Shown: positions 1 to 11,770 of the stretch, piece by piece
Position numbering within the stretch: the first letter of the stretch is position 1
Layout of the letters: every line of letters starts with the position of its first letter
NCBI GenBank assembly: GCA_964291215.2
Contig: OZ219791.1
Span: 832,001-896,000, forward strand
Reading direction: 5' to 3'
Source: Alphaproteobacteria bacterium
Lineage (GTDB): Bacteria > Pseudomonadota > Alphaproteobacteria > MPNO01 > UBA830
DNA length: 64,000 nt
Translations under genes and position numbers: made by a program
The notes under the pieces: generated by a model
The model's database searches: none
The model's input: the letters and a program-made list of their open reading frames with translations, nothing else
What the model was told of the DNA's origin: nothing

Positions 1-1257
1 GACTATCTCGAGCGCGCCGGGCTGCAGGAGGATCTCGACGCGCTCGGCTTCAATATTGTCGGCTTCGGGTGCACGACATGCATCGGCAATTCCGGCCCCC
101 TGCCCGAAAAGGTTGCCGATGCGGTTGAGAGCGCAGACCTCGTGGCCGGCGCCGTGCTTTCGGGCAACCGCAATTTCGAGGGACGGGTCCACGCCCAGGT
201 GCGGGCGAATTTCCTCGCTTCGCCGCCGCTTGTGGTCGCCTACGCCCTTGCCGGCTCGCTCAGGACCGACATGACGTCGGATCCGCTCGGGCTCGATTCG
301 GAAGGCGAGCCGGTGTATCTTGCGGACATCTGGCCCAGCAACGGCGAGGTTCGCGACACAATCCGCGACTGCCTGACCGACGAGATGTACCGCACCCGCT
401 ATGCCGACGTGTTCCAGGGCCCCGAACAGTGGAAGGCGATCGAAAGCCCTGGCAGCGAGACCTACAGCTGGCAGGATTCCAGCACCTACGTGAAGTATCC
501 AACCTTCTTTTCCGGGATGACGCGCGAGCCCGGCGAGGTTGCCGACATCGTTGGTGCGCGGCCGCTTCTCATGCTCGGCGATTCGGTGACGACGGATCAC
601 ATCTCCCCCGCCGGGAGCATCCAGCGCCAGAGTCCGGCCGGCGAATACCTGCTTGAGCGCCAGATCCGCCCGGCCCAGTTCAATTCCTACGGATCCCGCC
701 GCGGCAACCACGAAGTGATGATGCGGGGCACCTTCGCCAATATCCGGATACGCAACGAGATGACCCCGGGCATCGAGGGCGGTGTCACCGTCCATCAGCC
801 CTCGGGCGAGCAGATGCCGGTCTATGACGCGGCCATGAAATACCAGGCCTCCGGCACGCCGCTGGTTATCGTCGGCGGCAAGGAATACGGAACCGGCTCA
901 TCGCGCGACTGGGCGGCGAAGGGGACCGTGCTTCTCGGCGTGAAGGTGGTGATCACCGAGAGCTTCGAACGGATTCATCGCTCCAACCTGATCGGGATGG
1001 GAGTGCTTCCGCTGCAGTTCAAGCCTGGCGAGACGCGGCGGACGCTGAACCTCGACGGTACCGAGACCTTCGACATTTCCGGCATCGCGTCGGGCATGGA
1101 GCCGCGCTGCGAGCTTCGCTGCACAATCCGCCGGACCGATGGCTCGCACCAGGAAATCGCGCTTGACTGCCGCATCGACACGCTCGACGAACTTGACTAC
1201 TACCGCCACGGCGGAATTCTCCGCTATGTCGTGCGCAACATGCTCGAGGCCGCCTGA
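1..1257 (+). CDS. acnA: Aconitate hydratase A, 5'-truncated by window edge
   Basis: Frame open from base 1 (DYLERAGLQEDLDALGFNIVGFGCTTCIGNSGP); SGNRNFEGR, DSVTTDHISPAG, GSSRDWAAKG, SFERIHRSNL motifs. Confidence 0.97.
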   Translation, partial: DYLERAGLQEDLDALGFNIVGFGCTTCIGNSGPLPEKVADAVESADLVAGAVLSGNRNFEGRVHAQVRANFLASPPLVVAYALAGSLRTDMTSDPLGLDSEGEPVYLADIWPSNGEVRDTIRDCLTDEMYRTRYADVFQGPEQWKAIESPGSETYSWQDSSTYVKYPTFFSGMTREPGEVADIVGARPLLMLGDSVTTDHISPAGSIQRQSPAGEYLLERQIRPAQFNSYGSRRGNHEVMMRGTFANIRIRNEMTPGIEGGVTVHQPSGEQMPVYDAAMKYQASGTPLVIVGGKEYGTGSSRDWAAKGTVLLGVKVVITESFERIHRSNLIGMGVLPLQFKPGETRRTLNLDGTETFDISGIASGMEPRCELRCTIRRTDGSHQEIALDCRIDTLDELDYYRHGGILRYVVRNMLEAA

Positions 1258-1289
1258 CCGGGCCGGCGCGTCATGGCCGTCGGGACGGA

Positions 1290-2696
1290 TCAGACGTGAA
1301 TCGCCGCCCCGCCGACGCCGAGGGCGGCTTCCTTCACGGCCTCGTTGAGGGTCGGATGTGCGTGGCAGGTGTGCGCGATGTCTTCTGCCGAAGCTCTGAA
1401 TTCCATCGCCAGCGCAATCTCGGCAATCAATGTCCCGGCGTCGGCGCCGAGCACATGCGCGCCCAGGACCTCGTCGCTTGAGGCGTCGGTGAGAATCTTG
1501 ACGAAGCCGGCGGTCTCGCCGGCGGTGCGCGCCCGTGAATTGGCGGCAAGCGGAAACTTCCCTGACAGGTAGTCGATGCCGGCGTCCTTGAGCTGCTGCT
1601 CGGTCCTGCCCACGGACGCAGCCTCGGGCCAGGTGTAGACGACGGCGGGGATGGCGTTGTAATTCACATGCGCCGCCATTCCGGCCATGCGCTCGACGCA
1701 GGCGATTCCTTCCTCCTCGGCCTTGTGAGCGAGCATCGCGCCCGGTATCGCATCGCCGACCGCGTGGATTCCCTCGATGCTGGTCGCGTAGTGCTCGTCG
1801 ACGAGGATGGCGCCCCGTTCGTCGCGCCTGACGCCGAGTTCGTCGAGGCCGAGTCCGTCGGTGAACGGTACCCGTCCGATGGACACGAGCACGGCGTCTC
1901 CCGCGACCGTTTCCGCTGTGCCGCCGCCGGCCGGCTCGATGTCGAGGGTCACGCCGCCGTCCGCGGTTCGGGCGTCGGCAACCTTGGTGCCGAGCCGGAA
2001 TTCCATTCCCTGGGCCTTGAGGAGCCGGTGCAGGTGACGGCTGATCTCGGCGTCCATGCCGGGCACGATGGCGTCGAGAAACTCGATCACGGTCACGCGT
2101 GCGCCGAGGCGCAGCCATATGGAGCCCATCTCGAGTCCGATATAGCCGCCGCCGATGACGATCAGGTGGCCCGGAACCTCGCCGAGCGCGAGCGCTCCGG
2201 TTGAGGACAGGATGCGGTCCTCGTCGATCTCGATCCCGGGCAGCGGGGCGGGCACGGAGCCGGTGGCGACAAGGACCCGCGCGGTCTCGATCATCGTTGT
2301 CTCGTCGCCGGCGGATACCTCGACCCGGTCCGGCGCGGCGATCCTGGCGGTGCCGGCCATACCGTCGACGCCGTTCTTTTTGAACAGGAAGCCGATGCCG
2401 TTGCAGAGGTCCGCGACCACCTTATCCTTGCGCGCCATCATGACGGCAAGATCGAGTCCGACCTCGCCGGTCGTGATGCCGTGGTCCGCAAGATCGCGCC
2501 GGGCCTTGTCGAACAGGTGCGAGGAGTGAAGGAGCGCCTTCGACGGGATGCAGCCGATATTGAGGCAAGTTCCACCCCAGGTGCCGCGACTGTCGATGCA
2601 GGCTGTCCGCATGCCGAGCTGCGCGGCGCGGATCGCTGCGACGTAGCCGCCCGGCCCGGCGCCGATGACGACGAGATCGTATCCGTTTTCTGCCAT
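1290..2696 (-). CDS. lpdA: Dihydrolipoamide dehydrogenase (E3)
   Basis: GAGPGGYVAAIRAAQLG, GGTCLNIGCIPSK redox disulfide, HAHPTLNE; ATG at 2696 (MAENGYD). Confidence 0.97.
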   Translation of the reverse strand: MAENGYDLVVIGAGPGGYVAAIRAAQLGMRTACIDSRGTWGGTCLNIGCIPSKALLHSSHLFDKARRDLADHGITTGEVGLDLAVMMARKDKVVADLCNGIGFLFKKNGVDGMAGTARIAAPDRVEVSAGDETTMIETARVLVATGSVPAPLPGIEIDEDRILSSTGALALGEVPGHLIVIGGGYIGLEMGSIWLRLGARVTVIEFLDAIVPGMDAEISRHLHRLLKAQGMEFRLGTKVADARTADGGVTLDIEPAGGGTAETVAGDAVLVSIGRVPFTDGLGLDELGVRRDERGAILVDEHYATSIEGIHAVGDAIPGAMLAHKAEEEGIACVERMAGMAAHVNYNAIPAVVYTWPEAASVGRTEQQLKDAGIDYLSGKFPLAANSRARTAGETAGFVKILTDASSDEVLGAHVLGADAGTLIAEIALAMEFRASAEDIAHTCHAHPTLNEAVKEAALGVGGAAIHV

Positions 2697-2710
2697 CGCT
2701 TCCGCGCCCG

Positions 2711-3874
2711 TCACAGTGCGAGCAGGATCCGTTCGGGATCCTCGACGCACTGCTTGACCCGCACCAGGAACGTCACTGCTTCGCGGCCGTCGACGATGCG
2801 GTGATCGTAGCTGAGCGCGACATACATCATCGGTCTGATCGCGATGGCGTCGCCGACGGCGACCGGGCGGCGGTCGATCCTGTGCATGCCGAGAATGCCC
2901 GACTGCGGCGGGTTGAGTATCGGGGTCGACATCATCGAGCCGTAGATGCCGCCGTTGGTGATCGTGAAGGTGCCGCCGGAAAGATCTTCCATCGTCAGCT
3001 TGCCGTCGCGTGCCCGCGCCCCGAAATCGCCGATCGCCTTCTCGATCTCGGCAAAGGCAAGCCGGTCAACGTCGCGCAGCACCGGCACCACGAGGCCCTG
3101 CTCGGTGCCGACGGCAACGCCGATGTCGTAATGGTTCTTGTACACCAGGTCGTTGCCGTCGATCTCGGCGTTGACCGCCGGAAGCTCCCTGAGCGCAACC
3201 ACGCAGGCCTTGACAAAGAACGACATGAATCCGAGGCGGCAACCATGGCGTTCCTCGAACTCTCCACGGTATTTCTCGCGACAGGCCATGACGTTGGTCA
3301 TGTCGATCTCGTTGAAGGTTGTCAGCATCGCCGCCGTGTTCTGGGCCTCCTTGAGCCGCTCGGCGATGCGTCGGCGAAGGCGGGTCATGGGCACCCGTTC
3401 CTCGCGCGGATCATCGGCCCGCACCGCCGCCACGGATGGCGGCGGTTCAGGTTCAGCCGCGGCCTCCCGGTTCTTCAGATGGGCCAGCACGTCACCCTTG
3501 GTGAGGCGGCTGTTCCTGCCGGTAGCCGGAATTGTTGCGGGATCGAGGCCCTTCTCCTTGACCAGCCGGCGCACAGCCGGCGACAGCCGGTCGCTACTGT
3601 CCGCGTCGGGCGTCGCCGGCCGGCCGGCTGCCGGCGCGCCGTCGCTGATGGTGCCGAGCAGAGCGCCCACCTCCACATTGTCGCCTTCGTGCGCGACGAT
3701 CTCGGCGAGGGTGCCAGCGCTTGCCGCGGGAATCTCCAGCGTGACCTTGTCGGTTTCGAGCTCGACGACCGGTTCGTCCCGGGCGATGTTGTCGCCGACG
3801 GATTTGATCCACTTGCTGACGGTGGCCTCGGTAATCGATTCGCCGAGAACCGGAACGAGGATCTGGATGGTCAT
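2711..3874 (-). CDS. sucB: 2-oxoglutarate dehydrogenase E2 succinyltransferase
   Basis: Lipoyl domain ETDKVT, catalytic [11 protein letters not shown]; start MTIQILVP at 3874. Confidence 0.96.
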   Translation of the reverse strand: MTIQILVPVLGESITEATVSKWIKSVGDNIARDEPVVELETDKVTLEIPAASAGTLAEIVAHEGDNVEVGALLGTISDGAPAAGRPATPDADSSDRLSPAVRRLVKEKGLDPATIPATGRNSRLTKGDVLAHLKNREAAAEPEPPPSVAAVRADDPREERVPMTRLRRRIAERLKEAQNTAAMLTTFNEIDMTNVMACREKYRGEFEERHGCRLGFMSFFVKACVVALRELPAVNAEIDGNDLVYKNHYDIGVAVGTEQGLVVPVLRDVDRLAFAEIEKAIGDFGARARDGKLTMEDLSGGTFTITNGGIYGSMMSTPILNPPQSGILGMHRIDRRPVAVGDAIAIRPMMYVALSYDHRIVDGREAVTFLVRVKQCVEDPERILLAL

Positions 3875-3894
3875 TCTGCGCCTCCCGATAAACG

Positions 3895-6747
3895 TCAGGC
3901 GGTAAGGGCCTGCGCGACCAGCTTCGCCTGTTCGCGGTTGTGCTTGCCGAACGAACCGGTCGCCGGAGCCGCCGCTTCCGGCCGCCCGGCATAGGAGGGG
4001 CGTCGCGCGGCGACATCCAGCCCGTCGAGAACTCTCTCGATGCGGCGGTCGACGAAGCTCCATGCCCCCATGTTCTCCGGCTCCTCCTGGCACCACACCA
4101 CGGCGGCTGCGGGATATTTCCGGAGTTCCTTGGCCAGCGAGGCTTCCGGGAACGGGTAGAGCTGTTCGAGGCGGATCAGTGCGACATCGTCGATACCCTG
4201 TTCTTCTCGTGCCGCCAGTAGGTCGAAATAGACCTTGCCCGAACACAGGACTGCCCGTTTCACGCGGTCGTCCGGCGCCAGCGCGGCGGTTTCGGGAAGG
4301 ACGCGGCTGAACGCGGTCCCGGCCCCCAGATCGTCGAGCGCTGAAATGCACCGCTTGTGCCGGAGCAACGATTTCGGGCTCATGATGACCAGCGGCTTGC
4401 GGAAGTTGCGCAGGACCTGGCGCCGCAGCGCGTGGAAGTAGTTGGCGGGGCTGGTAAGGTTGCAGATCTGCCAGTTGTCCTCGGCGCACAGCTGCAGGTA
4501 GCGTTCGAGCCGGGCCGACGAATGTTCCGGCCCCTGGCCCTCGAAGCCGTGCGGCAGGAGCATCACCAGCCCCGACATGCGCAGCCATTTGGATTCGCCC
4601 GACGATATGAACTGGTCGAAAATGAACTGGGCGCCGTTCGCGAAATCGCCGAACTGCGCTTCCCAGACCACCAGCACGTTGGGATCGGCGAGGCTGTAGC
4701 CGTACTCGAATCCGAGCACCGCGGCTTCGGAGAGCGTGCTGTTGCGGGCGATCATCTTCTCCTGGTTGCCCGGCCGGATCTGCTCGAGGGGGATGTAGGG
4801 CTGCTCGGTTTCCTGGTCGATGACAACCGCGTGGCGCTGCGAGAAGGTGCCTCGCGCCACGTCCTGTCCGCTGATGCGCACCAGGAACCCCTCGGTAAGC
4901 AGGGTTCCGAAGGCGAGCGCCTCCGCCGTCGCCCAGTCGATGTCCTGGCCGGTCTCAATGGCCTTGCGGCGATTGTCGAAGAAGCGCTTCAGCTTGGGAT
5001 TGAGGTTGATGGCCCCGGGAATGGTGGAGATCGCCATCCCGACCTCGTTGAGGTGGTCGGCCGCAACTCCGCTCTCGCCCTTGCGCTGCTCCATGGACGG
5101 GGCGGTCGTTAATCCTGACCACACGCCCTCGAGCCAGTCCGCCTTGTTGGGCCGGTAGGATGTGGCGGCCGCAAAATCCGCGTCGAGCCGGCCGCGTATC
5201 TCCGCCTCGATGTCGGCCAGCCACTTCTCGGTGACGAGGGATTCCCCGAGCAGCTTCTCGGCGTAGATCTCGCGCGTGCTCGGATGGTTCGAGATGGCGT
5301 TGTACATGCGCGGCTGCGTGAAGGCGGGTTCGTCGCCCTCGTTGTGTCCGAAGCGCCGGTAACACCACATGTCGATCACCACATCCTTGCGGAAGCGCTG
5401 GCGGAATTCGGTGGCGATGCGGCAGACATGGACGACCGCTTCGACATCGTCGCCGTTGACGTGGAAGATCGGCGCCTGCGCCATCTTGGCGATCTCGGTC
5501 GGATAGCGCGAGGCGCGGGTGGCGCTCGGGTTGGTGGTGAAGCCGATCTGGTTGTTGACCACGAAATGAATCGTGCCGCCGGTCCGGTAGCCCTTGATGT
5601 CCGACAGCCCGAACGTCTCAGCGACGATGCCTTGCCCCCCGAACGCCGCGTCGCCGTGCATCAGCAGCCCAAGAACCTTCTTGCGTTCCCGGTCTCGGTG
5701 CTGGCGTTGCTTCGCGCGTACCTTGCCGACGACAACAGGGTCGACCGATTCGAGATGCGACGGGTTGGCCGCCAGCGAGATGTGGACGGGTTCGCCGTCG
5801 AACTCGCGGTCGGTGGAGGTTCCGAGGTGGTACTTGACGTCGCCCGACCCTTGCACATCGTCGGGCAGGACGACGCCACCCTGAAACTCGGAGAAAACGG
5901 CGGCGAATGGCTTCTTCATCACGTTGGCGAGCACGTTCAGGCGGCCGCGATGGGGCATGCCGACGACCACCTCCCTGATGCCGAGCTGGCTGCCGCGTTT
6001 GAGTATCTGTTCGATGCCTGGCACCAGCGACTCACCGCCGTCGAGCCCGAACCGCTTGGTCCCCGGATGCTTGACGTGGAGGAACTGCTCGAAGAGTTCG
6101 GCCTCCGCCAGCCGTTCGTAGATCGTCGCCTTGCCGAGATCGGTGAACTGCGTCTGGTTGTGGATGCCCTCGATTCGTTCCTGGATCCAGGTCCGTTCCT
6201 CGGTCGAGGTGATGTGCATGTATTCGACACCGATATGGCCGCAATAGGTCTCGCGCACGCGGGTGACGATGTCACGGAGCGTCGCCTTCTCCCCGAGCCC
6301 CAGCCGGTCGTGAATGTAGATCTCGCGGTCTTGATCGCGTTCGCTGAAGCCCCAGGACTCGGGATCAAGTTCGGTGTGGTTCAGCGGCCCCTCGATCCCG
6401 AGGGGATCGAGCCGGGCGTAGAGATGCCCGCGCACGCGGTGCGAGCGGATCAGCATCAGGACTTGGATGGAGTCGCGCGATGCGTCCGAGAGGCTTTGGG
6501 CGGTGCTGTTGGCGGGCGCCGCCGGGCGGGCGCCGCCGGCGCCAATGACCTTGGTGTCGCGCGGTGCCCAGCTGGCGCCTGCGAGATCCCTCAGGATCTC
6601 GGGCGCCTCGTCCTCGATTTCGGCGAAGAAGTCCGCCCATTCGGCATCCACCGCGCCACGGTTCTCGAGATAGCGCGCATGAAGCTCGGCCACGAAAGCG
6701 CCGTTGGCGCCTGTGAGCGCGGTGTTCCGGACAGGGTGATCGGTCAT
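3895..6747 (-). CDS. sucA: 2-oxoglutarate dehydrogenase E1
   Basis: [34 protein letters not shown] motifs; 950 aa. Confidence 0.98.
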   Translation of the reverse strand: MTDHPVRNTALTGANGAFVAELHARYLENRGAVDAEWADFFAEIEDEAPEILRDLAGASWAPRDTKVIGAGGARPAAPANSTAQSLSDASRDSIQVLMLIRSHRVRGHLYARLDPLGIEGPLNHTELDPESWGFSERDQDREIYIHDRLGLGEKATLRDIVTRVRETYCGHIGVEYMHITSTEERTWIQERIEGIHNQTQFTDLGKATIYERLAEAELFEQFLHVKHPGTKRFGLDGGESLVPGIEQILKRGSQLGIREVVVGMPHRGRLNVLANVMKKPFAAVFSEFQGGVVLPDDVQGSGDVKYHLGTSTDREFDGEPVHISLAANPSHLESVDPVVVGKVRAKQRQHRDRERKKVLGLLMHGDAAFGGQGIVAETFGLSDIKGYRTGGTIHFVVNNQIGFTTNPSATRASRYPTEIAKMAQAPIFHVNGDDVEAVVHVCRIATEFRQRFRKDVVIDMWCYRRFGHNEGDEPAFTQPRMYNAISNHPSTREIYAEKLLGESLVTEKWLADIEAEIRGRLDADFAAATSYRPNKADWLEGVWSGLTTAPSMEQRKGESGVAADHLNEVGMAISTIPGAINLNPKLKRFFDNRRKAIETGQDIDWATAEALAFGTLLTEGFLVRISGQDVARGTFSQRHAVVIDQETEQPYIPLEQIRPGNQEKMIARNSTLSEAAVLGFEYGYSLADPNVLVVWEAQFGDFANGAQFIFDQFISSGESKWLRMSGLVMLLPHGFEGQGPEHSSARLERYLQLCAEDNWQICNLTSPANYFHALRRQVLRNFRKPLVIMSPKSLLRHKRCISALDDLGAGTAFSRVLPETAALAPDDRVKRAVLCSGKVYFDLLAAREEQGIDDVALIRLEQLYPFPEASLAKELRKYPAAAVVWCQEEPENMGAWSFVDRRIERVLDGLDVAARRPSYAGRPEAAAPATGSFGKHNREQAKLVAQALTA

Positions 6748-6815
6748 GGTCTCGGCAGCCTCTCCGTGCGCCCGGTCTACTGGAGCAACAGTGCTGCAAC
6801 TATAGCTCCGCCAGC

Positions 6816-7691
6816 CTAGCCGTTCATCGCTTTCAGCATCGTCGTACCGATTTCCGCGGGCGACGCCGATACCGTGATTCCGGCGCTCTTCATTGCCTCG
6901 ATCTTGTCGCCGGCACTGCCCTTGCCGCCCGAGATGATCGCGCCTGCATGTCCCATGCGGCGGCCGGGTGGCGCGGAGATGCCGGCGATGAAGCCGACGA
7001 CCGGCTTCCTCACCGGCGATGTCCTGATAAGGTCGGCGGCGTCTTCCTCGGCCGATCCGCCGATTTCACCAATCATCACGATGCCCTCGGTCTCGTCGTC
7101 ATCGAGGAACATCTCGATGCAGTCGACGAAGTTCATGCCCTGGACGGGATCGCCGCCGATGCCGACACAGGTGCTCTGGCCGAGCCCGATCCCGGTGGTC
7201 TGCGCGACCGCCTCGTAGGTCAGGGTCCCCGATCGCGAGACGATGCCGATCCTGCCGCGCATGTGGATGTGACCGGGCATGATGCCGATCTTGCATTCGT
7301 CGGGCGTGATCACGCCGGGACAGTTGGGACCGATCAGCCGGCTGGCGGAACCCGACAGCGCGCGTTTGACGCGGACCATGTCGAGTACCGGTATGCCCTC
7401 GGTGATGCAGACGACGAGCGGGATGCAGGCGTCGACGGCTTCGAGGATGGCGTCGGCCGCGAACGGTGGCGGCACGTAGATCACCGAGGCGTTGGCGCCG
7501 GTCACCGCCGCCGCCTCGGCAACGGTGTCGAAAACCGGGAGGTCGAGATGCGCCGTGCCACCCTTGCCGGGCGTCACCCCGCCCGCCATTGCGGTGCCGT
7601 AGGCAATCGCCTGTTCCGAATGGAACGTGCCCTGGGCGCCCGTGAACCCCTGGCAGATGGCCTTGGTGTTCCTGTCGACCAAAACCGACAT
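6816..7691 (-). CDS. sucD: Succinyl-CoA synthetase alpha subunit
   Basis: [31 protein letters not shown]; start overlaps sucC stop. Confidence 0.97.
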   Translation of the reverse strand: MSVLVDRNTKAICQGFTGAQGTFHSEQAIAYGTAMAGGVTPGKGGTAHLDLPVFDTVAEAAAVTGANASVIYVPPPFAADAILEAVDACIPLVVCITEGIPVLDMVRVKRALSGSASRLIGPNCPGVITPDECKIGIMPGHIHMRGRIGIVSRSGTLTYEAVAQTTGIGLGQSTCVGIGGDPVQGMNFVDCIEMFLDDDETEGIVMIGEIGGSAEEDAADLIRTSPVRKPVVGFIAGISAPPGRRMGHAGAIISGGKGSAGDKIEAMKSAGITVSASPAEIGTTMLKAMNG

Positions 7692-8860
7692 CAGACGCCC
7701 TCCCCCGCGACCCGGACAGCCTTCTCCGCGGCGTCTCCGAGATCGTCCGCAGACACGATGGGCAGCCCGGACTCCTCCAGGATTTTCTTGCCGAGATCGA
7801 CATTGGTGCCCGCCAGCCTGACGACCAGGGGCACTCCGAGGCTGACCTCGCGCGCCGCTGCGACCACCCCCTCGGCGATCACGTCGCAGCGCATGATGCC
7901 GCCAAAGATGTTGACGAGGATGGCCTCGACGCTGCTGTCCGACAGTATGAGCTTGAATGCGGTGGTAACCCGTTCCCTGGTCGCCCCGCCGCCGACATCG
8001 AGGAAGTTGGCGGGCGCACCGCCGCACAGCTTTATGATGTCCATGGTGGCCATCGCAAGACCGGCGCCGTTGACCATGCAGCCGATATTGCCGTCGAGCT
8101 TGATGTAGTTGAGTTCATGGTGCGTGGCCTCAAGCTCCATCGGGTCCTCTTCCACCTCGTCCCTGAGTTCGAGAACCGCTTCGTGGCGGAACAGCGCGTT
8201 GTCGTCGAAATTCATCTTCGCGTCGAGCGCCAGCACCTCGCCGCCGCCGGTGACTACGAGCGGGTTGATCTCGATCACCGAGGCGTCGAGATCGGTGAAG
8301 GCGTCATACATTGCCATCACGAACCGCGAGACCGATCTAATCTGCTGGCTCGTGAATCCGAGCGCGAATGCCAGCCGGCGGGCATGGAAGGGCTGGAGGC
8401 CGGTGGCCGGATCGATGGCGAGCTGGTGGATCTTCTCGGGCGACATCGCCGCGACCTCCTCGATCTCCATGCCGCCTTCCGTCGATGCTATCACGGTGAT
8501 GCGGCTCGCGGCGCGGTCGACGAGCATGCCGAGATAGAGTTCCCGGGAGATGTTGCACCCGTCCTCGACATAGACCCGCTGGACGACGCGTCCCTCTGGG
8601 CCGGTCTGGTGGGTGACCAGCGTCATGCCGAGCATGGCACGCGCCGTCTCGCGGACCTCCTCGACCGACCGCACCACCTTGACGCCGCCGCCCTTGCCGC
8701 GTCCGCCGGCATGAATCTGCGCCTTGACCACCCAGACGGGGCCGCCGAGTTCCGCCGCCGCCTCGGCGGCTGCGTCTGCCTCGGTGGCCATCCGGCCACG
8801 CGGCACGGCAACGCCGTATCCGGCCAGGAGTTCCTTGGCCTGGTATTCGTGAACGTTCAT
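7691..8860 (-). CDS. sucC: Succinyl-CoA synthetase beta subunit
   Basis: [44 protein letters not shown]. Confidence 0.98.
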   Translation of the reverse strand: MNVHEYQAKELLAGYGVAVPRGRMATEADAAAEAAAELGGPVWVVKAQIHAGGRGKGGGVKVVRSVEEVRETARAMLGMTLVTHQTGPEGRVVQRVYVEDGCNISRELYLGMLVDRAASRITVIASTEGGMEIEEVAAMSPEKIHQLAIDPATGLQPFHARRLAFALGFTSQQIRSVSRFVMAMYDAFTDLDASVIEINPLVVTGGGEVLALDAKMNFDDNALFRHEAVLELRDEVEEDPMELEATHHELNYIKLDGNIGCMVNGAGLAMATMDIIKLCGGAPANFLDVGGGATRERVTTAFKLILSDSSVEAILVNIFGGIMRCDVIAEGVVAAAREVSLGVPLVVRLAGTNVDLGKKILEESGLPIVSADDLGDAAEKAVRVAGEGV

Positions 8861-8914
8861 CTGCTGTTCCGTTTCCTCGATCCGCCGTCGGGGCAGTCGG
8901 AAGGCGGCCGCCAG

Positions 8915-9949
<1,035 letters not shown>

Positions 9950-10008
9950 CTACAGGGCGGCTAGTTAACGCAGATCAGGACTCAATACAAGGGCATGCGC
10001 GTCGCCGT

Positions 10009-10150
10009 CAGGACTTTCCCACGCTGCACTCGATCTTGCCGACTGCTGATGGAGGGAGGTTGTACAGCCTGCCGGGTTTTCTGGCTTTGGGGCCGTCCAC
10101 GGGTCGCCGCAGCCGAAAAACCTGGCAAGAATGCAGAAATTTGTGCCCTA
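10009..10150. mobile_element. Terminal fragment of an ISAs1-type element (second subfamily)
   Basis: CAGGACTTTCCCACGCTG and following ~100 bp resemble the element end at 32905-33000. Confidence 0.6.
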
Positions 10151-10164
10151 TTCAGCGGTCATTG

Positions 10165-10260
10165 GTAACTGCCCCCCCTGGTTTCGACTTGATGTCGGGG
10201 TGGAGCAACGAATGGGTTTTCGTTGAGATCTGACACTGCAGATCGATTCGGTTAGTGTGA
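10165..10260 (+). mobile_element. IS66-family left-end fragment, truncated at IS630
   Basis: GTAACTGCCCCCCCTGG... matches left ends at 17819, 51862, 59388. Confidence 0.8.
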
Positions 10261-10265
10261 ACTTC

Positions 10266-11516
10266 CTAGTAGTATAACATTATTGGATTGACGAATATAG
10301 TGACTTCAGTTTCGTTCGGGCATCCTTCGTCGTGAAACGCCAGTCGACAGTGACATCGGCCGCATTGCGCCGTTCCGCCCACGCCGCCGTCTCCTGCCGC
10401 ATGGTGTCTCTGTCGGGAATGCGTCGCCGAAGGCATTGCCGCGACAGCGCACCGATCTCGATTTCGGCCATGTTGAGCCAGCTTCGGCGTGTAGCGAAAC
10501 TCGAACCGCTTTCGCACCCGCCTCCTCGGGCTCGAAGGCTTCATACAGCGACTGTGCGTGTTCAGATTGTCCAGCACGATCTTCCTGTCGGGGAAATGGA
10601 TGTCGGCAAGCTCCCGGATGAAGTGCGCCCAGTCCCGCGGCGGTCGGTGACTTTCACCGTGCGCCAGTTCTCGTTGGGCGCAAAGGCCATGAAGAGGTTG
10701 GCCGTGCCGTTGCGCTCATATTCATAGTCGACCACCTCCGGCTGACCGGGGGATGCGGGTTTCCTGCTGCCGGCTGGCCTCGCACACCAGCACCTCATCC
10801 CCGGCAAAGTCCCGCTGATAAATGTCAAGTACGTCCGCCGCTACGAACTGTGCGCTCCGGTGCGGTGGAATGCACCAGTACTGCTTCAGCCACGGTTTGA
10901 TCTCTTTTTTTAGCGTCTTCCTGACCGTCTCTTCCGAAATGCGCTCGACAATCTCCATCTCCACCAGACGGCCGGCGAGCAGCTTCAGCGTCCACAGCCC
11001 TCGGGCGGGGACGAACAGGGCGACCAGCTTCGCCTCCATCGCCCCGTCCAGCCGTTTTGGCCGGCGGTTCACCTGCTCCTTGCGGCTGAGGGCGGCGTCC
11101 AGCCCCTCCAGGACGCAGCGCTTGCGCAAACGCTCGACCGTCGCCGTGCCCAGCCCTTGCGCAATGTCGGCATCGACAAGCCGAGCGCCGTCGCGCCCCT
11201 AGTCGGCCAACATCAGGATTTGTGCCCGGCGCCAGGCAGCCCCGGTGCCGTCGACAATTGCCTTCAGATCCTGGCGCTCCTGCGCTGAAAGGGTCACGCG
11301 GTAGAGCTTCCTGCCCCGAGAGTTGGCCATATGCGCCGCTCCTGTCATTGCGCCGAAGACCTGCGGGCATGCCCGTTGTCCGGACCTGCGCATGGGGCTG
11401 CCTGCCTGTTCGGCATCTGCCCGTGTGGATATCGACACTGTCCGGATTCCAACGGATGCCGACACGGAAATACTACCCACAAAAAAACCATCAATACAAT
11501 GCCGGTGGACTACTAG
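10266..11516 (-). mobile_element. IS630-family element, degraded (copy 1)
   Basis: CTAGTAGT...ACTACTAG ends at a CTAG site; fragments DYEYERNGTANLF, LDNLNTH, LNMAEIEIGAL, DWRFTTKDARTKL across frameshifts. Confidence 0.9.
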
Positions 11517-11770
11517 GCTAGCTCCGCCAAGTCCTGATCCTGGCTGAATATTACGGCTACATCGAGAGCGCCGTTGCGCGCGATTCGCACCATGTCGAGA
11601 CCAATCCGAAGGTCTGTTTCCTTCTCGCGCTGTGCCGGCACACCATGCGTCGTACCGTCCGGAAGCGGGACCCGCTCGGAGCGCGGTTTCCGGGAGGTCG
11701 CGAGAATCCCGACGCGGCTCATTGCGGTCGGGCACCGCGCCCGGCACGCCGGATCTTTCCTGGCGTCGGG
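11517..11770 (-). pseudogene. NYN (LabA/DUF88-like) domain fragment
   Basis: REKETDLRIGLDMV...DVAVIFSQDQDLAE resembles NYN acidic motifs; cut by IS630 and IS66. Confidence 0.6.
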
